DNA of 64,000 bases from a virus (lineage: Duplodnaviria; Caudoviricetes), in the IMG/VR virus record IMGVR_UViG_3300031414_000005, one strand, 5' to 3'. The stretch's first letter is position 1. Each line of letters begins with the position of its first letter. Shown piece by piece: positions 45,270 through 55,163 of the stretch. The notes under the pieces are model-generated. The model was not told the DNA's origin. It did not search any database and was given only the letters and a program-made list of their open reading frames with translations. The translations under genes and the position numbers were made by a program.

Positions 45270-46817
45270 TTAGATATCTTCGTCGAAACCGTTCCAGTCT
45301 GCTGCGCCACCTTCACCCATCGGTTTGTGCTTGTAGCTACGACGGGACATATCCTGACCGTGGATGTCATCAAGGATACCAATCCCACGTTCAAACTTGT
45401 ACACACAGAACTTGTCTTTCTGTGGCGTCACAGAAATGGTACGGTGTTTACCACCCTGGATGCACAGGTAAGATTCATCACCGACACGGAGTACTTGGAT
45501 GAGGATTTCAACGTCAACCTCATGGTCGACCTTAGAAGACGCATCCCAATAGCCTTTACCCACGCACTCTTTGAGCAGGTCCTCCTCTTGCCCTTGACGC
45601 AACATCTGCTTAGCTTGCGGCGACAGCTGATGCGGGGTCATGAACGTGATGCCACGCGCAGAACAGAAGTTACGACTACGGCGGAACAGGTCAACGGTTT
45701 CCTGACCCATTACCCCACGCTCACAACCTTCTTTGGTGAACATGTTGAGGTAGTCAATACAGAGCATGTGGATTTCATAACCCAATGACTCATAATACTT
45801 GATACGCTCAAACAGGTTACGGTAACCAAAGATCGACGGGTTAACACGGCAGAAGTTGAACTCGTAACCCATCTTCGAGAACTCTTCACGGACCACACGT
45901 GCTGCTTCTTCTTCATCTACCTCGGCATGGTTGAAATCCTGACCGGTGGCATTGGCCATGATCTGTTTCCACCACAGCACAATGTTATCGGTGGGGTTGT
46001 TCTCAGCTGAGATGTGCATGATCATCGGCTTCTTAGTCGGATCACGCATGTACGGCACGTTCAGGGTACAGATCTGCCGTGTCAGGTTCATGGTGAACCC
46101 GGATTTGTTGTGGTGTTGTAATGCCCCTACCACAATACATTCACCCCGACGGAAACCCCCGACTTCACCTAACAGCCGGTTAACACCTTGCCAACCTGTT
46201 TTGAGGACACCTTTGTCTGACGATTCTTCTTTGGCTTGTTTGAAAAGATCCTGTACTTTATCTGTTTGTGAAACGGACATCTCGGCGACGACCGCCGGGT
46301 CACTGTAATCTTTGACGTTACCGGTGTTGAGTGATTCTATTTCGGTGAGCAGGGAGGCAATCGCACTGTCCATGTCCACGTCTTCGGACTGATAGATAAT
46401 CGGTGCCGATAAACGCTTGATGGCTTCACGCAGCTTACGGTGACCATCCCACTTGCGCAGCTCACGCATTAAGCCTAAGGTCTGACGTTTGGTTTGCACG
46501 GCATCGGAGTTGATCACGGTGCCCAGTTCTAAGGAGTCGTACAGTTTACCGTTCTCGCCACAATCGGTGGCCAGACGTTGTAACAAGTTGGTGCGTTCGA
46601 TCGGTTCATCAACTTTGGCTTCACACATCCAGCGAATGGTACGTCGCAATGCTATGTGAACAGAATTCATATTCTCGTTGCCTATCGAATCGTTAGGCAG
46701 TGGCAATGTCTCGATTAAATCCAGTACATAATCTCGGTTACCGTTGTTCCCTTCTCCGATCTGGGATTCTTGGTATAACAGCGTGATAATCTTAATGAGG
46801 ACTAATGTACTATCCAT
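45270..46817 (-). CDS. dnaB: DnaB-like replicative helicase (phiKZ gp118-like)
   Basis: LKTGWQGVNRLLG..GGFRRGE, variant Walker A GALQHHNKSG, Walker B LCIDYL, HQL motif, GGKHR arginine finger; GGAG RBS; adjacent to MCP. Confidence 0.9.
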   Translation of the reverse strand: MDSTLVLIKIITLLYQESQIGEGNNGNRDYVLDLIETLPLPNDSIGNENMNSVHIALRRTIRWMCEAKVDEPIERTNLLQRLATDCGENGKLYDSLELGTVINSDAVQTKRQTLGLMRELRKWDGHRKLREAIKRLSAPIIYQSEDVDMDSAIASLLTEIESLNTGNVKDYSDPAVVAEMSVSQTDKVQDLFKQAKEESSDKGVLKTGWQGVNRLLGEVGGFRRGECIVVGALQHHNKSGFTMNLTRQICTLNVPYMRDPTKKPMIMHISAENNPTDNIVLWWKQIMANATGQDFNHAEVDEEEAARVVREEFSKMGYEFNFCRVNPSIFGYRNLFERIKYYESLGYEIHMLCIDYLNMFTKEGCERGVMGQETVDLFRRSRNFCSARGITFMTPHQLSPQAKQMLRQGQEEDLLKECVGKGYWDASSKVDHEVDVEILIQVLRVGDESYLCIQGGKHRTISVTPQKDKFCVYKFERGIGILDDIHGQDMSRRSYKHKPMGEGGAADWNGFDEDI

Positions 46818-46844
46818 TTCTACTCCCGGCGAGGATCTATTTTT

Positions 46845-47426
46845 ATGAAGTTAAAACTGGCAGTCGTACCGTACAAGCTGTCACTGTGGTTAAAATCAGT
46901 GAATAACTTGTCGGTGTTGGAAGACCCGTATGAGTTGTTGACTGTATTATCACTGAACGATGTTTTTTCTTATTACCTTGCTAATATGCCGGGGTCCACA
47001 ATCCCTGATGGTAATAATGTGACAGGAGCACTTTCGCATGTACTGCAAGTGTCTGGCACAGACGTCGTGTTCCCCGCCGTGGTAAACAGCTTTGCCACCC
47101 CGAACTGGGCCAAATTCCTGGAAGAGCACAAACAGTCGATTGCGGACTTCCGCACCGCCTATGGCCGTGACTATAATCAGCTGGTGCTGGGCGAAAGCGT
47201 TGTATCTGCATTCTATAGTTACAATGTGAAAAACGTCTCCGACGGTTTCATTGTAATCTTCATTGATGAAGCTGTGAAACCGCAACCTGAAAACTTTCTT
47301 TACCAATTATCTGACGAAGTACTTGCGGGGATGTATCGTGCCATCCCGTACCCTTTCTCAGATTCCAGCGACCGTAATGCCGTGAGTGATATGCTAGAGA
47401 CGTGGCTGCGTACAGCTCAGCAATAG
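46845..47426 (+). CDS. Conserved protein upstream of MCP (gp119-like head protein)
   Basis: 193 aa; GAGGA RBS; synteny DnaB/gp119/MCP. Confidence 0.65.
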   Translation: MKLKLAVVPYKLSLWLKSVNNLSVLEDPYELLTVLSLNDVFSYYLANMPGSTIPDGNNVTGALSHVLQVSGTDVVFPAVVNSFATPNWAKFLEEHKQSIADFRTAYGRDYNQLVLGESVVSAFYSYNVKNVSDGFIVIFIDEAVKPQPENFLYQLSDEVLAGMYRAIPYPFSDSSDRNAVSDMLETWLRTAQQ

Positions 47427-47499
47427 TATGTAACTTTAAACGTACGTTACGAAACTTGTATATATACAGTTTTAAACTTTATTCATAAGGGATACACCC
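47427..47499 (+). promoter_or_regulatory. MCP leader: candidate late promoter TATG plus palindromes
   Basis: TATGTA at 47427; AACGTACGTT at 47439-47448; TGTATATATACA at 47457-47468; AAGGGA RBS. Confidence 0.45.
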
Positions 47500-49764
47500 A
47501 TGCCATTAATCAACTCCGGTTCCAAAGCTTGGGACAGCATGCTCGGTAAAGTTCAGGCCGAGATTTCTAACAAACGTTTCGGTGCTCTCCCGGATGCGGT
47601 CAAGCATTTCGGCCTGGAGTCGCTGGATGATCAACAGACTCAAGCGTTGAGTGGCGTACGTGATAACGCTGGTAAAATGCTGGTTGCTTTCGGTAAATCA
47701 ACTGGTGTGATCGCGAAAGACGACGTAAGCTTCGACGAAAACCACCCAGGTGTTCGCGCTGCTGCAACTATTGCTGCGGCTTGCGAAGATATCGGCGGTT
47801 ATGCCAAAGCGCTGATGAAACACTCAGAAGCCGCTTCTGGTACGAAAGACGCAGTGACCCTGGTTGGTCGTCTGTCTGGTCGTCCGGTAACTGGCGTGCA
47901 GTATGCCGCAGGTCTGGAAGCGTTTGATGAAGCTCAGCAGCTGCGACCAAACACCGAGTACTCCATTGCGTACAACCTGCGTGCAACTAAACAGGATGCG
48001 GCTGCGGAACTGCTGTTCCCAACTACCACCCTGGAAGCATCTGACGTTGGCGTGAAGTTCAACATTCCGATCCCTGTGCTGGAAGATTACATCGAGCACA
48101 CTGGCGGTACCCCAGTGAACTGGAAACGTCGTCGCCTGATCGACGCTGGTCGTAACGGCAAGCTGCTGATCACTGACGCTACCACACTGGTACCGTGGAA
48201 AAAACCTGATGGCTCTACCGACGATTACTTCGTTGATACCGCCCTGGTTCCAGCTGTTAACCGTCCAATCCGTGACGAGTCTATCCCGACTGCACCTCTG
48301 CGTGCTGGCGAGTGGATCGACATCATCGGCCTGAGCGCAACTCCGGGTCTGGTTGGTAAAGGTATCGTTGACGGCACTTACGTCATCGACGCTGACATCA
48401 AAGTCGTGAACGCGTACTTCAAAGTTACCAAAGGTAACGAGAGCGACGTCATCAAGTTCAAAACTTCTGCCATCCAGCTGAACGCATTCCAGCAGGCGGT
48501 TGAAGGCGATCATCGTCGTATGACGCTGAACATGACCATCGGCGCACTGCCAATGGATCAGGCTAAGCAGCCAGACGGTACTAACGTCACTGTGCTGAAC
48601 GACCTGACTGCCAACGGCAACATCCCTTACCTGCGTTTCAGCCTGAACGGCGAAGTGAACGTAGAAGGCGCGATGTACGGTCTGACTGTTAACGGTTCTT
48701 CTGCGAAAGTGGCGCGTGTGCGTGACTCGAACGGTAACGACCTTGACACCACTACCGGTTCTGTGAACGATGCGATCAAAGCGCTGAAGTTCGAATTCAT
48801 CGGTTACGATCTGGACCTGCGTGTGCGTAACAGCAACCTGGCCCAACGTGGTAAGCGCGTAGACATCAAAAACGTGTCTCGTATGTACCTGACCCGTATC
48901 GGTGAGCCGATCTCTGCGATCAAACCTGGTGTTGACAGCTTCGGTCCGGTTTCCGGCATCGCGGTTGAAACCCTGGCGAACGCAACCTACCTGCGTAACT
49001 CTGCGCTGGCCCTGTATCGTGCTCTGGATTACTTCGAGCAGATCAAGTCCTTCCAGAACTACGCTGCTCGTGATTTCGAAGATAACGCACTGGAAGGTGT
49101 GGGTACTTACTTCGTCGATCCAACTGCGATCGAGATCGAAGTGAACTTCGCCGACATCACCAGCTCTGTCAGCTCGTCTGACCGTGGCGCGGACATCACC
49201 GCATCTATCACCAACACCATTCGCGAACTGGCTTACAAGCTGAACGCACTGTCTGGTTACGGTGTTGCGATGAACTTCCTGCACCCGGGCGAGAAGATCA
49301 AAGTGTGTGCTGTTGCCGATAACTATATCGCACAGTTCATCCAGGTCTTCGGCGATCTGCGCACCATGGGCATGACCTTCGATTTCGAACTGGCCGTGTC
49401 TAACCTGAACGAAATGCGTGGTACCATTCTGGTGACCCTGAGCCGTGGCTCGTCTAACCAGGTTGACCCACTGACCTTCGGCATGCACGCTTGGATTCCG
49501 GAAGTTGTTTCCGAAGCCAAGATGAACCGTGGTGGTCCATACGTTCATGACCTGATCGTACAGCCGCGTAACATCCACATTCCAATCTGCCCAGTTATGG
49601 GTAAGATCAAATTCGTGGGTATGCCGGATCTGTACACCGGTCGCATCAACCTCAATGTCAACGTTGAAGAGCGTGACACTGCTGTTGGTACCAACACCGT
49701 TGTCCAGAAGCAGAACCTTGATGGTCTGAACGCTTCTGACGCAGCTGTGTCTGATCAGGCGTAA
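47500..49764 (+). CDS. Major capsid protein (phiKZ gp120-like)
   Basis: 754 aa; extreme codon bias; propeptide with GLE sites ending AGLE/AFDE; position between DnaB and the nvRNAP gene. Confidence 0.9.
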   Translation: MPLINSGSKAWDSMLGKVQAEISNKRFGALPDAVKHFGLESLDDQQTQALSGVRDNAGKMLVAFGKSTGVIAKDDVSFDENHPGVRAAATIAAACEDIGGYAKALMKHSEAASGTKDAVTLVGRLSGRPVTGVQYAAGLEAFDEAQQLRPNTEYSIAYNLRATKQDAAAELLFPTTTLEASDVGVKFNIPIPVLEDYIEHTGGTPVNWKRRRLIDAGRNGKLLITDATTLVPWKKPDGSTDDYFVDTALVPAVNRPIRDESIPTAPLRAGEWIDIIGLSATPGLVGKGIVDGTYVIDADIKVVNAYFKVTKGNESDVIKFKTSAIQLNAFQQAVEGDHRRMTLNMTIGALPMDQAKQPDGTNVTVLNDLTANGNIPYLRFSLNGEVNVEGAMYGLTVNGSSAKVARVRDSNGNDLDTTTGSVNDAIKALKFEFIGYDLDLRVRNSNLAQRGKRVDIKNVSRMYLTRIGEPISAIKPGVDSFGPVSGIAVETLANATYLRNSALALYRALDYFEQIKSFQNYAARDFEDNALEGVGTYFVDPTAIEIEVNFADITSSVSSSDRGADITASITNTIRELAYKLNALSGYGVAMNFLHPGEKIKVCAVADNYIAQFIQVFGDLRTMGMTFDFELAVSNLNEMRGTILVTLSRGSSNQVDPLTFGMHAWIPEVVSEAKMNRGGPYVHDLIVQPRNIHIPICPVMGKIKFVGMPDLYTGRINLNVNVEERDTAVGTNTVVQKQNLDGLNASDAAVSDQA

Positions 49765-49802
49765 GCCCGATTGTCATTGAACTGATACCAATGACTGATT
49801 AT

Positions 49803-49828
49803 GAGAGAGCCTTCGGGCTCTCTCTTTT
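49803..49828 (+). terminator. Intrinsic terminator
   Basis: GAGAGAGCC-TTCG-GGCTCTCTC + TTTT, followed by CAGGCAATT. Confidence 0.85.
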
Positions 49829-49865
49829 CAGGCAATTTGTTTTGGCCTCTTAAATATTCACAGAC

Positions 49866-49881
49866 CTATATTACCTACGTG
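49866..49881 (+). promoter_or_regulatory. Early phage promoter CTATATTAC-N4-GTG
   Basis: Exact TATATTAC core upstream of the operon containing the nvRNAP subunit. Confidence 0.7.
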
Positions 49882-49922
49882 TTATGTAATGACGATGTCT
49901 TTAGTTAAGAGAGTGGCCACTC

Positions 49923-51086
49923 ATGAATTTAAATAACAATGTGCGTCGTCGGTCAATCAGTGTCGGAGAAGCCAGTCTGGGATTCAGTTACCGTATCGAT
50001 TCCAAGATGAATACCCCTGTGGTGGTGAAAACCCGTGCAGGCGTAAACTACCGACTGCCCACGCCGGTGAATCACACCTCGCGCAAGGAATACGTGCGGG
50101 TGGTGTATGAAGTGGTGATGAGTAATGACGTGTTGTTCTACCTGACTTCGGAACTCGGTTCCTCAGAAGTCAACAAGAACCTGATTCGGTTGATCCTGGA
50201 TGCCTGTGACGGTGTAAAGCCAGGCGGTTGGTTGGGAACCGGTAAAGAGATCCACGTCGAACTGAAAATAGACCGGGAGATGTTGAACAATGCAGGTGGG
50301 AGTTTGTACATTGATTTTCTGGACATGGAGATCTGTATTGACCCCAGTAAGTTTGACAGTCCACACCGTGAGTCTATCGGTGCTATAAAGGAAAGAGTGT
50401 TAGCGGAGATTATCGAGGAGCAGGCGCAGTTAAGTGTATGTAAAGGTGTGGTTTTGGTGGATTCCCAGCGACGGCTGGACCGAAGATTCATCTCGCTGAA
50501 TAACGAGGTGGTTGAGCTAACCCCGGCCGGTGTTAGCACGGCGTATCCAACTGATGGCTGTTATTTCATTAACATAAAGCCAGGCGTAACTAAAACTGAA
50601 CAAATCACGTTCATTAATATGGATGAACTGTTGGCGGACGACACTGGCGATGTTCATGGTTTGTATCGTAGTCGCGAGGCTGCGATCGCCAAGGGCAATA
50701 CCCGTGAATTACGTGACCAGCGCAAGAAGATCGGCGTACTGGAAACCCAGAACGCTGAACTTACTCAAACCATCAATGATGAAAGGAGGACACATGCCAG
50801 AAAAGTCGATGACCTTACTGATCGCCATCGGAAAGACATCAACCAACGGGATGACAAAATCAGTGAGTTGACCCTGAAGCTGTCCGGTGAGCAAGTCGCA
50901 CGTAAAACCCAAAAGGATGTGGAGCTACTCAAACAAGAGAGCGAGCGCCACAAAGACCTGCTCAACGAATTGTCCTCCGTGCGTGCAAACTGTGATAAGG
51001 AACACGGGAAAGTGATGCGCTCTCTTTTGGGTGGCCCTGGCGGGTTCCTGAAACAGTGTGTTGGGTTATTACATACCTTATTGTGA
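49923..51086 (+). CDS. Conserved protein with C-terminal coiled coil (gp122-like position)
   Basis: 387 aa; long heptad-rich C-terminus; directly upstream of the nvRNAP subunit. Confidence 0.7.
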   Translation: MNLNNNVRRRSISVGEASLGFSYRIDSKMNTPVVVKTRAGVNYRLPTPVNHTSRKEYVRVVYEVVMSNDVLFYLTSELGSSEVNKNLIRLILDACDGVKPGGWLGTGKEIHVELKIDREMLNNAGGSLYIDFLDMEICIDPSKFDSPHRESIGAIKERVLAEIIEEQAQLSVCKGVVLVDSQRRLDRRFISLNNEVVELTPAGVSTAYPTDGCYFINIKPGVTKTEQITFINMDELLADDTGDVHGLYRSREAAIAKGNTRELRDQRKKIGVLETQNAELTQTINDERRTHARKVDDLTDRHRKDINQRDDKISELTLKLSGEQVARKTQKDVELLKQESERHKDLLNELSSVRANCDKEHGKVMRSLLGGPGGFLKQCVGLLHTLL

Positions 51087-51092
51087 GTAACA

Positions 51093-52748
51093 ATGAACAA
51101 ATACACGTCCAACAAAGTTAAAGCACGGCTACCCACTTTCAACAAACGGTTAACCGACGGGTTTGTTCACCGTGAGTTGCAGTATGTGGAGCGTGAGGTG
51201 GTGGATATGTTCCGTACCGCAGTGAGTTCGATCTCGGCGAACGAGGACTTGAAATACATCCGCCATCAGATTTGTGGACCTGAGGAAATGTACCGGGTTA
51301 TCACCCAGAAGACAAAGGCGTACGAGACAGCCCGGAGCGACTTGTTCCTGGTGAAGTTCTTCTTTGAATTCCGTGGCGAGCCTTTACCGGAGATCTATCT
51401 GTTTTTACCGTACTGCGATATTCACGGGCTGATTTATTTGCGCGGCAGCCTGAACCAAATCACACCGGTATTGATAGACTCCGGTTTATCGGTCACCCGC
51501 AAGAATGGCATATTCTGCCAGCTCAGCGGCGTGAAGTTCACCATTAACCATGAGAACTTCTATTTCCGTCAGGTGACCCTGGACCAATTCGGGCAACCGT
51601 ATTACCACCCGATGAACATGAACATCCCGGCCACCGAGTTGTATAAACCCACCTCGGCCCGTAAAGAGATGTCAAGCCTGGTAACCAAAGCAACGCTTGG
51701 AAGCTATATCTTTGGCGTGATGGGTGTGGAGAAAGCGTTTGACCACTACACCAAGTGTGAAGTTGCCTTCGGTGAAGTTGACAACATCCTCAGTCAATAC
51801 AGTAAAGATGACCGCTGGGCTGTCTATACCGTATCGGGGATGATGAACAAGAAGTGCCGTATTCCAAAAGGACAATGGAGTTCGCCGGACATCGCGATTG
51901 CGGTGCGTAGTAAAGATCCAGAAACCACCACGCCTCCACAACTTGCGGTTCACCTGGCGGGTGCGTTCCTGTTTGCTGCGGATACCCAGCCGGAGAACTT
52001 TGATGTGGAAACCATTGCCTCGCCGTATTCCTGGCGTGTGATCGTGGGGCGTTGCTATCTGAAACGTTCTATTCCCCGCAACAAAGTCCTGAACGATATG
52101 GAACCCCACTTCTATTCGGTTATGCGTTATATGGACGAGCGCAGCAAGCGCCGGTTAAAACGGGAAAACATCCCGTGTGAAAACCTGCTGGACCTGTTTG
52201 CTCACCTGATGATTCACATGAGTACGATTGTCGCGGAAACCAACAAGGCGTCGATCTATGACAAAGAAATCAATATCCTGCGTTATATCCTGAGCAGCAT
52301 ATCTGAGAGTATTTTCTATTTCTCGTTTAATCTTCAGAACAACTCCACCCTGACCATGAACAAGGTGCTTGAACAATTCAAAAACATCGGTATCGATTCG
52401 TTCCACAAAGTAAAGAAAGATTTTGCTGGTCTTAACCCGATTACTTACGCGGGTGACAATGTGCTTACCAAGATCTCCGGTAACGTATTGCTTCAGACCG
52501 CTGCTGTTCGTCGTAATACCGCAGGGCATGACAACATATTCACCGACCCGACTAAGATCGCGGATGCGAGTATTGTTGAAGCAGGCAGTTTCTTATTCCT
52601 ACCCAAGCCTGATCCAACTGGTCGTTCACGGTTGAATTTCATGTTGCGGTTAAATGAAGATAATCAGATCGTCCGCAAACCTCATCTGGTGAAATTTATG
52701 GGCTGGGTTCAACATAACCTGCGCAACCGTAAATCACCCAACACTTAA
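51093..52748 (+). CDS. rpoB: Non-virion RNA polymerase beta subunit, N-terminal part (phiKZ gp123-like)
   Basis: 551 aa; N-terminal beta features (LFLPYCDIHGLIYLRGS..ITPVL); HPS-like DASIVEAGS..P..DPTGRSRLN region; conserved position after MCP. Confidence 0.8.
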   Translation: MNKYTSNKVKARLPTFNKRLTDGFVHRELQYVEREVVDMFRTAVSSISANEDLKYIRHQICGPEEMYRVITQKTKAYETARSDLFLVKFFFEFRGEPLPEIYLFLPYCDIHGLIYLRGSLNQITPVLIDSGLSVTRKNGIFCQLSGVKFTINHENFYFRQVTLDQFGQPYYHPMNMNIPATELYKPTSARKEMSSLVTKATLGSYIFGVMGVEKAFDHYTKCEVAFGEVDNILSQYSKDDRWAVYTVSGMMNKKCRIPKGQWSSPDIAIAVRSKDPETTTPPQLAVHLAGAFLFAADTQPENFDVETIASPYSWRVIVGRCYLKRSIPRNKVLNDMEPHFYSVMRYMDERSKRRLKRENIPCENLLDLFAHLMIHMSTIVAETNKASIYDKEINILRYILSSISESIFYFSFNLQNNSTLTMNKVLEQFKNIGIDSFHKVKKDFAGLNPITYAGDNVLTKISGNVLLQTAAVRRNTAGHDNIFTDPTKIADASIVEAGSFLFLPKPDPTGRSRLNFMLRLNEDNQIVRKPHLVKFMGWVQHNLRNRKSPNT

Positions 52749-52780
52749 GCATTCTTCCAACTTCCATTGAGTTTACTCTT

Positions 52781-55087
52781 ATGACTAATAACTATAGCGC
52801 TGGTAGCATCTGGTCCCAACCGAACACCCCAACCCGTTTGTTGGATGACAAAGCGTTTCAGGATAATGCCTTCAAAGTCGTTACTGCCCGCCTTAACGAA
52901 TTGGCTAACGTCAATGCGCTGGGCGCGCTGGTGTACAACAAAGCCCGTAATAACGAAGCCTACATCCGTAACATCCTGACGTTCACCGGCTTGTTTGTCG
53001 AGTTCGGTCTGTCAATGGAACCGGGTATTGACCGTGCTCGTCTGCTGGCCATGTGTGTCACAGATGTGCTGGATATCCATGCGATTCAGGAATTGAAACA
53101 ACCCAACCAGTCTAACCTGCAATTCCAGATCTCTGGTGATGCATACCGTTACTTCGTCAACCGTGCAGCCAAACTGCAACAAAAGATGGATGCGGTGGTG
53201 CAACGCAATAACCTCGGGATCACCATGAACCTTCAGCTGCAAGGCGGAAGCGGTAACGGCCATGCTGGCGTCGCGATGAACAACCAGCGTTCGTCCAGCG
53301 ACCTGATGTGGGGTGTTGGCGGTAACGGTAACAGCGACAACGGCTGGGGTGGTGTTGAACCCGCTACGCAGCGTACACGCAGTGTGAGCGAACTTTACTT
53401 TGATAATGTGGCGCTGGGTGCAGGTATGGACTCGCCGTCACGGGGATTGAACGTGAAGACAAGTGTAATTGACAGTCTGTTTCAGGATTCGGAAAAAGCG
53501 CTGGGTAACCGCCGCCCATCCGACACCACCATTCAAGCCAATGACAACGGCGCCGCACCGGATCTGTTTGACTGGGGTGAAAAGAAAACCTCCAGCCATA
53601 AAGACCACGGGGTGTATGACGAGTTTAACTCCGACAACCTGATTCAGGATATGGAAGCCAAACCGTATCAGGAGGAAACCGCGTCTGACCTGTGGGATTG
53701 GACCCTGGGCATGGATGAGAACGATGCGGATGCCTTTGATTACAGCGGGCGTGATCTGCAACCGGCACCTGATCATGTTGTGCAGAGCGCCAGCAAAATG
53801 CAAGCGGCTCATACCCCGGCGGCAAAACCCCAACAGGAGGTGGAGACAGAGCAGGGTGATCGTCATATCAAGGATGGTTGGTATCTGTCGAACCCGGACA
53901 ACTGGCAGGAGGTGTTTGCCAAAGCACCGCGTAATGCAGCACAACCGTTTAACCTCACCCTCCCGCTGAAAGGCACCCGTTTGTACCGTCGTAACACTGA
54001 CGGCACGCTCACCCAACGTTTGGTGGATATTCCGATGGAACGTTTTAACCACAACCCGGCTGAACTGCTGGGAACCACACAGACCGCTGAAGAGTTTGAC
54101 GAACCCCTGCGTTTGACCCAGCCGATTTTCCTGTCGGATGCGATCATCAAAGCAGAAGGCGACAAGCCAAAGCGGGTGAACAGTGAATACCTGAAAGAAA
54201 CCGCCGACACGAATAAAATCCAGTCGCTGGTTGATGAGCAGTTAATCACTGGGTTCAGCGATGCTGAACTGACTGTGCGGGCGTTGGCACGCAGCCACAA
54301 AGCCGTGAAGGAAATCAAAGCCCAGGGTACCGCAGGTGTTAACGTGGAGTACACCCTGGAGAAAGCGGACCTGCTGCACATCGCCGGTGACGCTGACGAC
54401 TTCCTGCACAAAGTATCGTTCCTGACTCAAGGTAGCGAGGACCAATTCAAAAACTATCTTGACTTTGCTCTGCGCTTCATTGAACTGGAAGGAGCGATTC
54501 ATCATGATGTCTACAGCAAACTGGATAAACACCTGCTGCGCGTGGTCAACGACTTCCTGACGTATGACCTGGCCTACGAAGGTAAACTGGCACTGGAGTA
54601 TTCCTTTGCTGGCGAATTCGTTGAACTGTGTGAATACCTGAACCGCAAAGACCCTGATGCGCTTAAGCTGCTGCAAACCCACTGTGATGAGTTGCTGTCC
54701 CGTAGTCGGATTGTGGCGAGTGCAGCTCAGACAGAACGTCTGCGCAAGATCTTCCTGAGCCGTATTGCGAAAGCAGAATACGATTCAGCCCTGGAGATCA
54801 TGGCGAACGCCGTGTTCTCTGTGGAACACCACCTGATTATCCGCAGCGGTTTGAAAGCGGATGCCTTTGGTGTTGATGTGGATTCTGCGCCGGGTGACCA
54901 GATTGTGATGAAGCAGTCTGCGTATCCAAACACCCTGAAGATGTTGTATTCATCAATGGCCCGCACCACCAAGCAGCTGGCTGATGGTGTGTTCTTCAAT
55001 ATCCGTTTCATCACTGCTGATGGCTTTAGCTTCACAGGACACGAAACGGTGATGGCTGATGATGTACTGATTCTGGCACGTCGTTAA
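52781..55087 (+). CDS. Large conserved protein (gp124-like position) with disordered aromatic/acidic linker
   Basis: 768 aa; helical N-domain, low-complexity middle, folded C-domain. Confidence 0.75.
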   Translation: MTNNYSAGSIWSQPNTPTRLLDDKAFQDNAFKVVTARLNELANVNALGALVYNKARNNEAYIRNILTFTGLFVEFGLSMEPGIDRARLLAMCVTDVLDIHAIQELKQPNQSNLQFQISGDAYRYFVNRAAKLQQKMDAVVQRNNLGITMNLQLQGGSGNGHAGVAMNNQRSSSDLMWGVGGNGNSDNGWGGVEPATQRTRSVSELYFDNVALGAGMDSPSRGLNVKTSVIDSLFQDSEKALGNRRPSDTTIQANDNGAAPDLFDWGEKKTSSHKDHGVYDEFNSDNLIQDMEAKPYQEETASDLWDWTLGMDENDADAFDYSGRDLQPAPDHVVQSASKMQAAHTPAAKPQQEVETEQGDRHIKDGWYLSNPDNWQEVFAKAPRNAAQPFNLTLPLKGTRLYRRNTDGTLTQRLVDIPMERFNHNPAELLGTTQTAEEFDEPLRLTQPIFLSDAIIKAEGDKPKRVNSEYLKETADTNKIQSLVDEQLITGFSDAELTVRALARSHKAVKEIKAQGTAGVNVEYTLEKADLLHIAGDADDFLHKVSFLTQGSEDQFKNYLDFALRFIELEGAIHHDVYSKLDKHLLRVVNDFLTYDLAYEGKLALEYSFAGEFVELCEYLNRKDPDALKLLQTHCDELLSRSRIVASAAQTERLRKIFLSRIAKAEYDSALEIMANAVFSVEHHLIIRSGLKADAFGVDVDSAPGDQIVMKQSAYPNTLKMLYSSMARTTKQLADGVFFNIRFITADGFSFTGHETVMADDVLILARR

Positions 55088-55097
55088 TCCCCCAATT

Positions 55098-55124
55098 GAG
55101 GAGAGCTTCGGCTCTCCTCTTTTT
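55098..55124 (+). terminator. Intrinsic terminator
   Basis: GAGGAGAGC-TTCG-GCTCTCCTC + T5. Confidence 0.85.
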
Positions 55125-55163
55125 AACGCACTTTTAATTTTTAGATTACAGGCGGTTTCAAGT

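Noticed and set aside
46110-46150. Non-canonical Walker A (GALQHHNKSG) in DnaB as a sign of inactivation
   Set aside because: The catalytic Lys-Ser, Walker B and arginine finger are intact, and a divergent P-loop is, as I recall, typical of phiKZ-like DnaB
47824-49578. 584-aa antisense ORF inside the MCP gene
   Set aside because: Shadow ORF caused by strong sense-strand codon bias; no RBS, no recognisable motifs, fully nested opposite a clear gene
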